Of a DNA stretch of 64,000 nucleotides, positions 31,052 to 40,726 are shown piece by piece. The stretch comes from an uncultured delta proteobacterium (GTDB taxonomy: Bacteria; Desulfobacterota; Zymogenia; Zymogenales; Zymogenaceae): assembly GCA_963735595.1 (NCBI GenBank), contig CAVTLK010000005.1, forward strand, positions 608,001 to 672,000, given 5' to 3'. Under the pieces are notes generated by a model. That model was given only the letters and a program-made list of their open reading frames with translations. It did not search any database and had not been told where the DNA came from. A program made the translations under genes and the position numbers. How positions within the stretch are numbered: the stretch's first letter is position 1; each line of letters opens with the position of its first letter.

Positions 31052-31197
31052 GAAAGCCGGCGTTGCCGCTGCACCGTTGTTACCGACCTGATCGGGCGTA
31101 TTTGCCACGTTGCGCCGCCGGGAATCCGGCGGTTGTTTTTAGACAGAGCGTTTTTCAGGCATGTCCGGGGGCCGGCCCCCGTGACGGTTATGAGGTC

Positions 31198-31548
31198 ATG
31201 GCAAAGATACTACTCTCGCTGCTCGGTAAAATAAGGGGCAAAACGACGGATGCAGGCCCGGTCATTGACATCAAGCCCGGCTCCCCCGAATGGGAGGCGA
31301 TCTGCCTGCGCTGCGGGGAGTGTTGTATCGAGCTGATATTCGACGAAGACGACAATTTGACGGCCTCCACGATGTGCGAGTATATCGACCCGGACACGCG
31401 GCTGTGCAGGGTATACGAGAACCGCTTTCAGGTCTGCCACGACTGCATCAAGCTCACCGGAGAAAACCTCCCCCGGTTTGACTGGCTGCCGGAGACATGC
31501 GGCTACGTGGTGAAGTTCGGAACGAAGGCGGGGAAAAGGGGGCGATAG
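31198..31548 (+). CDS. YkgJ/YcgN-like cysteine cluster protein
   Basis: WEAICLRCGECC, CEYID...CRVYENR...DCIKL, WLPETCGY. Confidence 0.8.
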   Translation: MAKILLSLLGKIRGKTTDAGPVIDIKPGSPEWEAICLRCGECCIELIFDEDDNLTASTMCEYIDPDTRLCRVYENRFQVCHDCIKLTGENLPRFDWLPETCGYVVKFGTKAGKRGR

Positions 31549-31678
31549 TCCCGGGCGGTAGGGTATCGGCAAGCCGTTGTCTGCCGGCCATCTGGGCGGC
31601 GGGGTGAGTTCTTAAGATTTCATTTGCAGGCGTCGCGGGTTTTCGATAAGATAGGACTTCATACACAGGGGCCAGAAC

Positions 31679-32025
31679 GTGCACGAACTGCCGATCACCG
31701 AGGATATTCTGAAAATCGCGCTGACCCACGGCGAGAAAAACGGGGCCAAACGGATCGTCCGAATAAACCTTGTCATCGGGGATCTGACCGACCTCATCGA
31801 CGATTGGGTACAGCGATACTTCGAGTACCTCGCCAAGGATAGCATAGCGGCCGAGGCAAAGCTCGTCATCGAGCGGGTGCCGATCACGGTGATGTGCGGG
31901 CAGTGCAACAAGCCTTTCGTGGTGGACAAAAAGACGCTCGATTTCAACTGCCCGGTCTGCGGTCAAAAGGGGACGGAGCTGGTCGGGGCAGGGAATTTAC
32001 AGTAAAGAGTATTGAGATAGAGTAA
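31679..32025 (+). CDS. hypA: Hydrogenase maturation nickel chaperone, frameshift in G run near 31987
   Basis: MHELPI, CGQC, CPVCG; corrected C-terminus GGREFTVKSIEIE. Confidence 0.92.
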
Positions 32026-32071
32026 TCACCGGAGTGTCAATGCAACTGTTTTGCGGCAGTGACGCTATTCT

Positions 32072-32106
32072 CGTCATTGCGAGGAGCGAAGCGACGCGGC
32101 AATCTC
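32072..32106 (+). repeat. CGTC-type palindromic REP-like element
   Basis: cgtcattgcgaggagcgaagcgacgcggcaatctc; related copies at 39366, 41040, 63290. Confidence 0.8.
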
Positions 32107-32137
32107 GGACGCTGTAATTTCCGATTATCAGGTTAGA

Positions 32138-32290
32138 ATGTACGTATTCAATGCCGTCATTACCAAGGAAGAGAAATGGTACGTCGCCCACTGTGTTGAG
32201 TTGGGTGTCGTCAGCCAGGGTAAGACCATCGAGAAGGCGCAGGCGAACCTGAAGGAAGCGGTGGAACTCTATAATGAAAGTTTTGAATAG
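32138..32290 (+). CDS. HicB family antitoxin-like small protein (50 aa, not in ORF track)
   Basis: MYVFNAVITKEEKWYVAHCVELGVVSQGKTIEKAQANLKEAVELYNESFE. Confidence 0.8.
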   Translation: MYVFNAVITKEEKWYVAHCVELGVVSQGKTIEKAQANLKEAVELYNESFE

Positions 32291-32331
32291 TAGCGCCTTC
32301 TTGCTTGTGATAGGGGACTAGGGGGGGGAAA

Positions 32332-33168
32332 ATGGCCGTTCCAAAATATGATGATATGATGAATCCTCTTATTCAAGTTCTTCACGAACTGGGTGGTTCT
32401 GCAACCATTTCCGAACTTGAAGACTCAGTAGCAATCAAGATGAACCTATCGGACAAAGATATAGACGAGATTCATAGAGGTAGCAGGACGAAGCTAAGCT
32501 ATAACTTGGCATGGACGAGGACTTATCTAAAGAAATACGGGATTATTGAAAACTCAAAGAGAGGCGTCTGGTCGTTAACACCAAAGGGGAATAGGGAACA
32601 GAATGTCAATGTGAAGGATGTTGTTAAAACTTACAAGGATTTAAAAGGTGAGCAAAAAATAGAAGCTAGTCTTGACGAAATCGACGCAGAGACTGAAATT
32701 ACCTGGCGCGATAGACTTCTAGATATTCTAAAGGCGTTGGAGCCTTCTTCCTTTGAAAAACTATGTCAAAGAGTATTAAGAGAGTCCGGTTTTCAGAATG
32801 TTGAGGTTACAGGGAGAAGCGGAGATGGAGGCATAGATGGAAAGGGTGTAATAAAGATTAGCGGACTACTCTCTTTCACCGTCTTCTTCCAATGTAAGAG
32901 ATATAAGAGATCAAGTGTTTCAGCGAAAGACGTTCGAGATTTTCGTGGCGCTATGTCTGGGAGGGCAGATAAAGGACTTATTATCACTACAAGCACTTTT
33001 ACAAGGGACGCTAAGAAAGAGGCAAAAAGAGACGGAGCCGAATTAGTCGATTTAATAGACGGCGAGGAATTGGTCGAGAAACTAAAGGAGTTATCGATAG
33101 GTATAGAGATTAAGGAAAGAGTTGTAGAAGAAGTGATAATTATAAAAGAGTGGTTTGAGAACATATAA
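32332..33168 (+). CDS. mrr: Mrr-type (type IV) restriction endonuclease
   Basis: Mrr N-terminal wHTH (WTRTYLKKYG..NSKRGVW), FEKLC, GDGGIDG, QCKRY, IITTSTFT, LIDG; AT-rich. Confidence 0.92.
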   Translation: MAVPKYDDMMNPLIQVLHELGGSATISELEDSVAIKMNLSDKDIDEIHRGSRTKLSYNLAWTRTYLKKYGIIENSKRGVWSLTPKGNREQNVNVKDVVKTYKDLKGEQKIEASLDEIDAETEITWRDRLLDILKALEPSSFEKLCQRVLRESGFQNVEVTGRSGDGGIDGKGVIKISGLLSFTVFFQCKRYKRSSVSAKDVRDFRGAMSGRADKGLIITTSTFTRDAKKEAKRDGAELVDLIDGEELVEKLKELSIGIEIKERVVEEVIIIKEWFENI

Positions 33169-33178
33169 GGAGGCCCCC

Positions 33179-33847
33179 ATGGCCGTAAAGCTCGTTACCA
33201 TCAAGGAAGACATCCTCAAGGACAACAAGGAGATGAGCGCCCTGCTGAAGGAGCGCTTCAAAAAGTCAAAGACCCTTGTCGTCAACCTCATGTCGTCGCC
33301 GGGGGCCGGCAAGACCTCCACCATCCTCAAGACCATCGAGAAGCTCGCGCCCGGGGTCAAGTCCGCGGTCATCGAGGGGGACATCACGTCCACCGTCGAT
33401 GCCGACAAGATGGACGCCCGCGGCATCCCGGTCGTCCAGATCAACACCGGCGGGGCCTGCCATATAGACTCGGCGATGGTGGCCGAGGCGGTGGCCGATT
33501 TCGACACGACGGGGATAGACCTCATGGTCGTCGAGAACGTCGGCAACCTCGTCTGCCCGGCAGAGTTTGAGGTTGGCGAGGACGTGCGGGTCATGATCCT
33601 CTCGGTGCCGGAGGGGCACGACAAGCCGCAGAAGTACCCGCTCATGTTCATCGAGACGCAGGCCTGCATCCTCAACAAAATAGACCTGCTGCCCCATACC
33701 GATTTCGACATGGATGCCTTCAGGAAGACCGTCATGTCGCTAAACCCGAAGACCACGATCTTCCCGGTCTCGATGAAGACCGGCGAGGGCCTGGACGCAT
33801 GGGTCGGTTGGCTCGCGGACAAGATAAACAAGAAAAAGAACGCGTAG
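33179..33847 (+). CDS. hypB: Hydrogenase nickel incorporation GTPase
   Basis: SSPGAGKT, IEGD, GGACH, ENVGNLVCPA, NKIDL. Confidence 0.95.
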   Translation: MAVKLVTIKEDILKDNKEMSALLKERFKKSKTLVVNLMSSPGAGKTSTILKTIEKLAPGVKSAVIEGDITSTVDADKMDARGIPVVQINTGGACHIDSAMVAEAVADFDTTGIDLMVVENVGNLVCPAEFEVGEDVRVMILSVPEGHDKPQKYPLMFIETQACILNKIDLLPHTDFDMDAFRKTVMSLNPKTTIFPVSMKTGEGLDAWVGWLADKINKKKNA

Positions 33848-33933
33848 ACCTTCCTGCCCCACGTCCCGTCACATAGGATCGGGGCGGGGGCGTTTTTATT
33901 CGCAACGTCTGGCCGAAAGGAAATGACCCACCC

Positions 33934-35430
33934 ATGGACGCTCACTCACGCGCTCAACTGGACCGTATCCTCCATCCCCGGTCGTTAGCCCTCGTCGGGG
34001 TCTCGGGTACCCCCGGCAAGTTCGGATGGTTATACCTCACATCGCTGATTCACATCGGCTTTTCCGGCAACCTCTACCCCATCAACAAGAACGCCGATGA
34101 AATCCTCGGCTACAAGACCTATCCCTCGCTCGCGGCCCTGCCGGAGGTCCCGGACGCGGTTATTTTCACGATCCCTGCCCGCCACGTCCCGGAGGCCCTC
34201 GAGGAGGCCCTGGCGGCGGGCATCCCGGGGGCAGTGGTGATAACGGCGGGATTTTCCGAAGACACCGACGAGGGGAAACTGCTTGAGGCCCGGGTCAGGG
34301 AGATCGCGCGGCGTGGCATCCGGGTAATCGGGCCGAACTGCTTCGGCGTCTATTCTCCGAAGGCCGGGATCACCGTCCTGCCGGGTTCGGGGTTCTCCCG
34401 GGAATCGGGCCCGGTCGGTTTTTTTGCCCAGAGCGGGGGGCTCACCGCAGACCTGGGGCAGATAGCCATCGGCCGCGGCGTGAGGTTTTCGGCGATGGTC
34501 AGCTACGGCAACGCCGCCGACGTCAACGAGCTGGACATGCTGGACTATTTCGCCCACGACCCGAACACGTCGATCATCGCAGCCTATCTCGAGGGGGTCT
34601 CCGACGGCGCCCGGTTCCTGCGGCTTCTGGCCGAGGTCACGCGGAAGAAGCCGGTAATCATCTGGAAGGGCGGCACATCGGCCACCGGCGCCCGGATGGT
34701 CATGAGCCACACCGGGTCGATGGGAGGCCAGGCCGCGATATGGGAGGCCGTCTTCGGGCAGACCGGCGCGGTGAAGGTACGGGGGCTCAATGATCTGATC
34801 GATACGCTGGCGGCCTTCAACTCGATTTATCCCCGGGCCGGCAGGCGCATCGCCGTGATGGGGGGCGGCGGGGCGCTGGGGGTGGAGGCCTCCGACCTGG
34901 TGGATGACCTCGGCCTTGTCGTGCCGGTCTTCGAGAAGCAGGTCCAGGACGAGATCAACAAACGCCTGCCCGAGTTCGGCAAGAGCGCCAGGAACCCCGT
35001 CGATACGGGAAATCCCCTCATCCCGGCCGACCCACTCATCGAGATCATGCAGATCATCGCCGCGCGGGACGCTATCGACGCAATCTTCGTGGTGCAGCTC
35101 CTGTTTCATTCGCAGGTCCTCATGCGCCGGGTCGCCGGTCAGACCGGGTCGTCCCTGTCGCTGTTTGCCCATTACCCGAGGCTCGCCGAGGGCGCCGGCG
35201 AGATATCGAAGGCCTCGGGCAAGCCCATCATCGCCGTGCTGCCCCGGACTTCGATCTCAACGAGCGACGAGGACCTGGAGCTCGAAGCGGAGCTCCGCCG
35301 GGCTGAGGCCGCCTTCCAGGCGGCCGGGTGCGTCGTCTTCCCGACGATCGATCGGGCGCTCCGGGCCTTGGCGCGCGTGGTGAGATATCAGGAGTATCGG
35401 GGGCTTCGGGGGGTGCGGCCGGCCGACTGA
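33934..35430 (+). CDS. ADP-forming acyl-CoA synthetase alpha-type (CoA-binding) protein
   Basis: IGPNCFG, AQSGG, SYGN, SHTGS; no ATP-grasp domain. Confidence 0.85.
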   Translation: MDAHSRAQLDRILHPRSLALVGVSGTPGKFGWLYLTSLIHIGFSGNLYPINKNADEILGYKTYPSLAALPEVPDAVIFTIPARHVPEALEEALAAGIPGAVVITAGFSEDTDEGKLLEARVREIARRGIRVIGPNCFGVYSPKAGITVLPGSGFSRESGPVGFFAQSGGLTADLGQIAIGRGVRFSAMVSYGNAADVNELDMLDYFAHDPNTSIIAAYLEGVSDGARFLRLLAEVTRKKPVIIWKGGTSATGARMVMSHTGSMGGQAAIWEAVFGQTGAVKVRGLNDLIDTLAAFNSIYPRAGRRIAVMGGGGALGVEASDLVDDLGLVVPVFEKQVQDEINKRLPEFGKSARNPVDTGNPLIPADPLIEIMQIIAARDAIDAIFVVQLLFHSQVLMRRVAGQTGSSLSLFAHYPRLAEGAGEISKASGKPIIAVLPRTSISTSDEDLELEAELRRAEAAFQAAGCVVFPTIDRALRALARVVRYQEYRGLRGVRPAD

Positions 35431-35547
35431 GCGGGCGGTGCGCCGTTCCCGTGGGGGGGGTGAGAAGGGGCATCGTTTACACAGGGTTCTTTATCGTCCC
35501 CCGTGTACGTGGTAACAGTCTATCGTGAGCCAGGTTTCGGCGGCGGT

Positions 35548-36180
35548 CTATTCCTCGGACTGCCTGATCAGCGCCTTTAAGGAAAGCTCCACCGGGCGCT
35601 TTTCATTCGAGCCGAGGTCGCCGTCGATGGGGCGTATCCCCAGCTGAAGCGAATCGCCCTGGACCTTGACGATATCGTACTCGATGGGGTAATCGGTGAT
35701 GGGTCGAAACGAGAGGCACCCCGTCTTGCTCACGTCCTGGGGCATTCCCAGCCCCCACACACCGTCCCCGCATTTTGACTTCATGAAGATATCGATAAAG
35801 GCCAGCGAATCGGGTTCCATGGTTATCTGGGCAAACGTGAAGTCGATATCGGTCGCACCTTCCACGACCTCGGATTCCCCGACCAGCTCGTAGGTGCCGT
35901 CCACGATGGCGGTGTAGAACTTGATATCCGAGAGAGGGTCGCCGTAGACGGACGTTACCGCCCGGAAGGCGTCGTCGGTAAAGGTATAGTCGCGGATGAT
36001 GTAATAGACGCTGTCGTCGGGATTCGTCGTGTATTCGCGCTCGGGGCTTACCCAGCGGCCGACCATCATCCGGTTGACCTTGCCTGTCTTGCCGCACCCC
36101 GAGATGAGCAGAGGGGCAACAAGGGTGATGATCGCGAGAATTATCCCAACACCGATTCCGATTCGTCGCATTACCGTCAT
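35548..36180 (-). CDS. Lipoprotein with APCDD1-like domain
   Basis: Lipobox LISGC; GRWVS, R.YTF, YGDP, CG.G.W..G..QDV..TGC, EYD, LG.RP.DG, KRP. Confidence 0.65.
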   Translation of the reverse strand: MTVMRRIGIGVGIILAIITLVAPLLISGCGKTGKVNRMMVGRWVSPEREYTTNPDDSVYYIIRDYTFTDDAFRAVTSVYGDPLSDIKFYTAIVDGTYELVGESEVVEGATDIDFTFAQITMEPDSLAFIDIFMKSKCGDGVWGLGMPQDVSKTGCLSFRPITDYPIEYDIVKVQGDSLQLGIRPIDGDLGSNEKRPVELSLKALIRQSEE

Positions 36181-36417
36181 CCTCCATACAGATACGATAA
36201 AGACGCCAGTTCGGGCCGCCGGCCTTCCGATGCCGGGCGCCTATCTTTTTACATATACCAAAGGCGGGCCGTTGTCAATTTAATTCATCGAGAATTCATC
36301 GGCTGCGGGAACCGGGTGCCGCCTCTTATCGGGAAGGGCGCGGCGTCCGGGACGATAAATATTGTACACCGCCGGCGGTTTCTGCTACAATGGCTCTCGG
36401 CAATCAAGGAGATCCGT

Positions 36418-37242
36418 ATGTCACGACGTCCGAACTGGTGGCTGTCCGTCCTGGCCAAGATCTGGCCGCTGACATGGATCTCGGCCCGGGCAACCCGGTG
36501 GCCGGTAGTGGGGAGGCTCGTCGCCGCGACGGCGCTGCCCCTCTTCTCAAAGAAAAACCTCGCCATATCCTACATCCCGATCAACCAGGACCTCCAGGGG
36601 GTGCCCAGCTCCTATCTCCCGCGCGAGATCGTCCGGGAGCTGATAGAGCGGTCTTCCCACCGGGCGATCATCGAGCGCTGCACCTGCCGGGACGCCCGCG
36701 ACTGCGCCGAGCATCCAGCCACGCTGGGCTGTACGCTATTGGGCGAGGGGGCAAAAGAGATAGACCCGCGTATCGCCCGGCATGTCTCCGTGGCCGACGC
36801 GCTTGCCCACCTCGACCGGACGCTCGAAGACGGCCTCATCCCCATGGTGGGCCGTGTCAAGCTCGACAACTTCATCTGGGGCGTCCGGGACCGGGGGAAG
36901 CTCCTGACGATCTGCCACTGCTGCCGCTGCTGCTGCACGATCTTTGCCTCCGGCAAGTACCTTCCCGAACAGGCACAACAATCGCTCATCGCGCTTCCCG
37001 GGGTCTCGTTTACCACCGACGCGAAGCGCTGCACGCTGTGCGGCGATTGCGTCCGGGACTGCTTTATGGGGGCGCTCTCGATTTCCGACGGGATTATCGT
37101 GCGGGATGCCGCACTCTGTAAGGCGTGCGGCAGGTGCGCGGCGGTCTGCCCGACGGGGGCCACGGAGGGGACGGTCACCGACCGGGAGGCGGCGGTCAGG
37201 AGCATAACCGAACGGCTTGCCGGCGTCGTGGATTTCGAGTAG
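36418..37242 (+). CDS. Cys-rich 4Fe-4S binding protein
   Basis: CTCR..C..GC, ICHCCRCCC, CTLCGDCVRDC, CKACGRCAAVCP. Confidence 0.85.
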   Translation: MSRRPNWWLSVLAKIWPLTWISARATRWPVVGRLVAATALPLFSKKNLAISYIPINQDLQGVPSSYLPREIVRELIERSSHRAIIERCTCRDARDCAEHPATLGCTLLGEGAKEIDPRIARHVSVADALAHLDRTLEDGLIPMVGRVKLDNFIWGVRDRGKLLTICHCCRCCCTIFASGKYLPEQAQQSLIALPGVSFTTDAKRCTLCGDCVRDCFMGALSISDGIIVRDAALCKACGRCAAVCPTGATEGTVTDREAAVRSITERLAGVVDFE

Positions 37243-37362
37243 CCCCCTTTCCCGACCACCCGATCCCTCCGGCCGCCGGTTTCCGAGCAGGGGAGGCTCG
37301 ATCGGGGCACAGGGAAATGCCAGGAGTCACCAGGAGGTACCAGGAGGTACTAGGGAGGAAAT

Positions 37363-38196
37363 ATGTCGGCTCTTTTCAAGTACGGACCGAACAGGAGGAT
37401 GGTCAAGCTCTCGGTCGCGCTGAGCTGGCCCCTCATGCAGGCGGCAAAACGGCTCAGCAATGTCCCTCTCCTTAAATGGATCATCAATCCGGTCTTCGCT
37501 TATCCCCACAACGAGATCACCGCGATCCCGATCAACGCCGAGATCGCGATGCCCGACAGCGTCGCGCTGCCCTCCCGCATCATCGAGGAGGTCCTGAAAC
37601 GCTCGTCGGATATCTTCGTGCTGGACGAGTGCATATGCCGCGGCCTGCTTGAGTGCACGAACCACCCGAAAGATATCGGCTGCATAGCCCTGGGGCCCGC
37701 CACGCGGCGGATGCACCCGTCCCACGGGCGCTTTGTCACGGTCGATCAGGGGATGGCCCACGTCAGGCGGGCGGGCAAGGCGGGGCTTGTCGCCAGCGTC
37801 GCCCATGTCTGGATTGACCCCGTGGCCTTCTGGACGGTGCCCTTTTCCCGGCTCATGTTCATCTGTTTTTGCGACGACTGCTGCTGCCTCTACCGCACCC
37901 ACATGAAACACCGGGGGCCGAACCTTGACCGCGCTTATAAACGGCTGCCGGGGATATCGGTGTCCGTCGACCGGGACACGTGCGACGGGTGCGGGATCTG
38001 CGCCGAGCGCTGCTTTATCGGGGAGATGCAGGTTATCGGCGGTACCGCGGTGGTGCCGGAAAGCTGCAAGGGGTGCGGCCGCTGCGTCGAGGTCTGCCCG
38101 AGGGGGGCGCTGCGTCTCGAGATGGACGATATGGAAAGGCTCGTATCCCGGATGATGGACCGGATCGGGGCGGTTGCCGATATCGGGAGGGGATGA
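37363..38196 (+). CDS. Cys-rich 4Fe-4S binding protein, paralogue of the preceding gene
   Basis: CICR..C..GC, ICFCDDCCC, CDGCGICAERC, CKGCGRCVEVCP. Confidence 0.85.
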   Translation: MSALFKYGPNRRMVKLSVALSWPLMQAAKRLSNVPLLKWIINPVFAYPHNEITAIPINAEIAMPDSVALPSRIIEEVLKRSSDIFVLDECICRGLLECTNHPKDIGCIALGPATRRMHPSHGRFVTVDQGMAHVRRAGKAGLVASVAHVWIDPVAFWTVPFSRLMFICFCDDCCCLYRTHMKHRGPNLDRAYKRLPGISVSVDRDTCDGCGICAERCFIGEMQVIGGTAVVPESCKGCGRCVEVCPRGALRLEMDDMERLVSRMMDRIGAVADIGRG

Positions 38197-38203
38197 TACG
38201 GTA

Positions 38204-39304
38204 ATGGGCGGGCCTCTGGCGACATTGGTACAGGATGGGCGGCCGATAATCGGGTGTCTGCCGCTGTACCCCCCCGAGGAGCTGATCCATTCGTTCGGGG
38301 CCGTACCGGTCGTGCTGTGGGGATTCAAGGACGTGATCCGGCGGACCCCCGAGGCCGACGGCCACATCCAGAACTACGTCTGCTCGATCGTGAGAAACGT
38401 CACCGAGTTTCTCCTTACCGAGGATTCCGCCTCGCTCGCCGGGCTCCTGTTCTACAACGCGTGCGATCCGATCAGGAACCTCCCCGAGATCATCGCCGAC
38501 GGCCGAAAGCTAAGGCGGATGGGGACGCCGGCCGTCTTCAGCATCCACGTCCCGGTGCAGGCGCTCGGGCGCGACTACGGCGGGGCGTACCTGGCCGCCG
38601 AGATCCGGGACCTCGTCGGATCGCTCGAGGATTTCTTCAAGGCGGATTTTTCACCCGGCCGGTTTATCGAGAGCGTCTCCCGGTACGACGAGATGCGGCG
38701 GTTCTCCCGCCAGATCGACGGGCTTACGGCCCGGGACACCGCCTCGTTTTCCGAGTTCTCGGCGCTCATGATGGGAAACACCCGGCTCGGGGTGGAGGAG
38801 CGCATCGCCCGGCTCTCGGCCTTCTGCAAACGTCATGCTGACAATGCCGCACCGAAGCAGGGCCGTATCACAAAACGGGTAGTTCTTACCGGGATCCACC
38901 CCCCGTCCCCTGAGGTGATATCGATGATCGAGGCCGCGGGCATGACGGTCGTCGGAAACGATATCGCGGCGCTGTCGCGCTCCTACGGGGCCGGCCCGGG
39001 GCCGACCGGGGACCCGGCCGACTATTACGTCCGTTTCTACCGCGACCACTACCCCTGTACGACGCTTATCGGGTCTTCGGACGCACGGGTGGATCGGCTC
39101 CTCGGGCTTGTCGATGAACGGGAGGCGGGGGGCCTCATCGTTATCGGCGAGAAGTTCTGCGAATACGAATATTTCGAGATACCGAACGTAACGCGGCGTC
39201 TCGGGGAGCGTGGGATAAAGACGCTTGTCCTGGAGGTATCGGCCGAGGACAAAAACCTGGGGCCGATAAAGACCAGGGTCGAGGCATTCGGGGAGATGCT
39301 GTGA
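38204..39304 (+). CDS. 2-hydroxyacyl-CoA dehydratase family subunit (HgdB/FldC-like)
   Basis: PLYPPEELIH, YVCSIV, ACD, KFCEYE, TRVEAFGEML. Confidence 0.85.
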   Translation: MGGPLATLVQDGRPIIGCLPLYPPEELIHSFGAVPVVLWGFKDVIRRTPEADGHIQNYVCSIVRNVTEFLLTEDSASLAGLLFYNACDPIRNLPEIIADGRKLRRMGTPAVFSIHVPVQALGRDYGGAYLAAEIRDLVGSLEDFFKADFSPGRFIESVSRYDEMRRFSRQIDGLTARDTASFSEFSALMMGNTRLGVEERIARLSAFCKRHADNAAPKQGRITKRVVLTGIHPPSPEVISMIEAAGMTVVGNDIAALSRSYGAGPGPTGDPADYYVRFYRDHYPCTTLIGSSDARVDRLLGLVDEREAGGLIVIGEKFCEYEYFEIPNVTRRLGERGIKTLVLEVSAEDKNLGPIKTRVEAFGEML

Positions 39305-39365
39305 TACCCGTAAACGTCACGTTCTTCCGGTAGGCCGTCAGAGGGCTCGGGAAGAAGTACGCCAC

Positions 39366-39404
39366 CGTCATTGCGAGGCCCCTTTAGGGGCCGTGGCAAT
39401 CCCC
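39366..39404 (+). repeat. CGTC-type REP-like element
   Basis: cgtcattgcgag-gcccctttaggggc-cgtggcaatcccc. Confidence 0.75.
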
Positions 39405-39481
39405 CGACTGTCACCGGTGACCGTGAAAACCGGCGGGGTCATAACTCTAACGGTTGGAATTAGCAACGAAAGGGGAATCCC

Positions 39482-40726
39482 ATGACCGCACCGAAGCGTT
39501 TTGTCGAGTCCAAGGCGCACCTCACGAAGATAATGACCGATTACTTCCTCGGCAACCACACACGGGCCGCCGAAGGGATACCGGTGGTCTGGATAGCGGT
39601 CAACGCCCCCATCGAGATACTGAAGGGGTTTGACCTGGTGGTGATTGCCCCGGAAAACCATTCGGCGGTCTGTGCCGCCCGGGGCATCGGCGGGGCGCTT
39701 TCCGAAGAGGCAGAGGGCATGGGGTTTTCAATGGATCTGTGTTCGTATGCCCGCATCGACATCGGCAGCTTCTTCGGCACGGCCGACAGCGGCGGCATGG
39801 GGCTGCCGAGGCCCTCCCTGCTGGTCTCGGACAACAACAACTGCACGCTGCTGGTCAAGTGGTTTGACGTCTACCGGCGGGAGCTGGGCGTCCCCCACTT
39901 CGTGATGGACGTCCCCTTCTGCTACGGGCCGCAGCAGGCCAGAGACGTGGATTACATGGTGCGCCAGTTCTCCGATCTCATCGACCTGATCTCCCGCCTC
40001 ACGGGCCAGCACTTCGACATCGAAAAGACGAGGCAGGCACTCGCCTTCACCGACGAGGCCAACCGGCAGTGGAAGCGCTTTTACGACCTGGCCAAGACGA
40101 GGCCGTCGGCCATTACGGCCTTTGACACATTCGTCCACATGGCGCCCTACGTCGTCTACCGGGGCACCAGGACCCTCGTGGACCACTTCACGATGCTGGC
40201 CGACGAGGCCGAGCGGCAGCTCTCCGACGGGATCTATCCCGTCCCGGACGAGAAATACCGCCTCCTCTGGGACAACATCGCCCCCTGGCACCAGCTCCGG
40301 GCGATGTCCACGAGGCTCAAAGACCTCTCGGCAAATATAGTGTATGCCACCTATACCTCCTGCATCGGGTCGGCCGAAGGGCAGATCGACGCGATCGAGC
40401 TTATCGACCCCGATCCCCTCAGGAACGTCGCGCGGATGCAGAACTTCACGATCTGTTCCTACGGGCTGGACCTCCGGTTCCAGGCGATGGCGCGGCTGAT
40501 TGAGCGCTATCGCATCGACGGGGTCGTCTTTTCGTCCAACCGCAGCTGCAAGGTTTACTCGGTCATGCAGATGGACCTGATGCGGCGGGTCAAGGACGCC
40601 TTCGGCATCCCCACGGTGATGGTGGACGTGGACCATGCCGACGTGCGCAAGTACAGCGAGGAGACCTTCTTCGTGAGGCTTGAAGCGCTGCTGGAGGAGA
40701 TTGGGGCGCACAACCGGGCGCACTGA
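39482..40726 (+). CDS. 2-hydroxyacyl-CoA dehydratase family subunit (HgdA/FldB-like)
   Basis: PENHSA, DLCSYAR, NNCT, RSCK, RLEALLE. Confidence 0.85.
   Translation: MTAPKRFVESKAHLTKIMTDYFLGNHTRAAEGIPVVWIAVNAPIEILKGFDLVVIAPENHSAVCAARGIGGALSEEAEGMGFSMDLCSYARIDIGSFFGTADSGGMGLPRPSLLVSDNNNCTLLVKWFDVYRRELGVPHFVMDVPFCYGPQQARDVDYMVRQFSDLIDLISRLTGQHFDIEKTRQALAFTDEANRQWKRFYDLAKTRPSAITAFDTFVHMAPYVVYRGTRTLVDHFTMLADEAERQLSDGIYPVPDEKYRLLWDNIAPWHQLRAMSTRLKDLSANIVYATYTSCIGSAEGQIDAIELIDPDPLRNVARMQNFTICSYGLDLRFQAMARLIERYRIDGVVFSSNRSCKVYSVMQMDLMRRVKDAFGIPTVMVDVDHADVRKYSEETFFVRLEALLEEIGAHNRAH

Noticed and set aside
38204..40726. Benzoyl-CoA reductase BcrBC assignment
   Set aside because: Same family as the dehydratases, but no BcrAD ATPases or ring-cleavage genes are nearby
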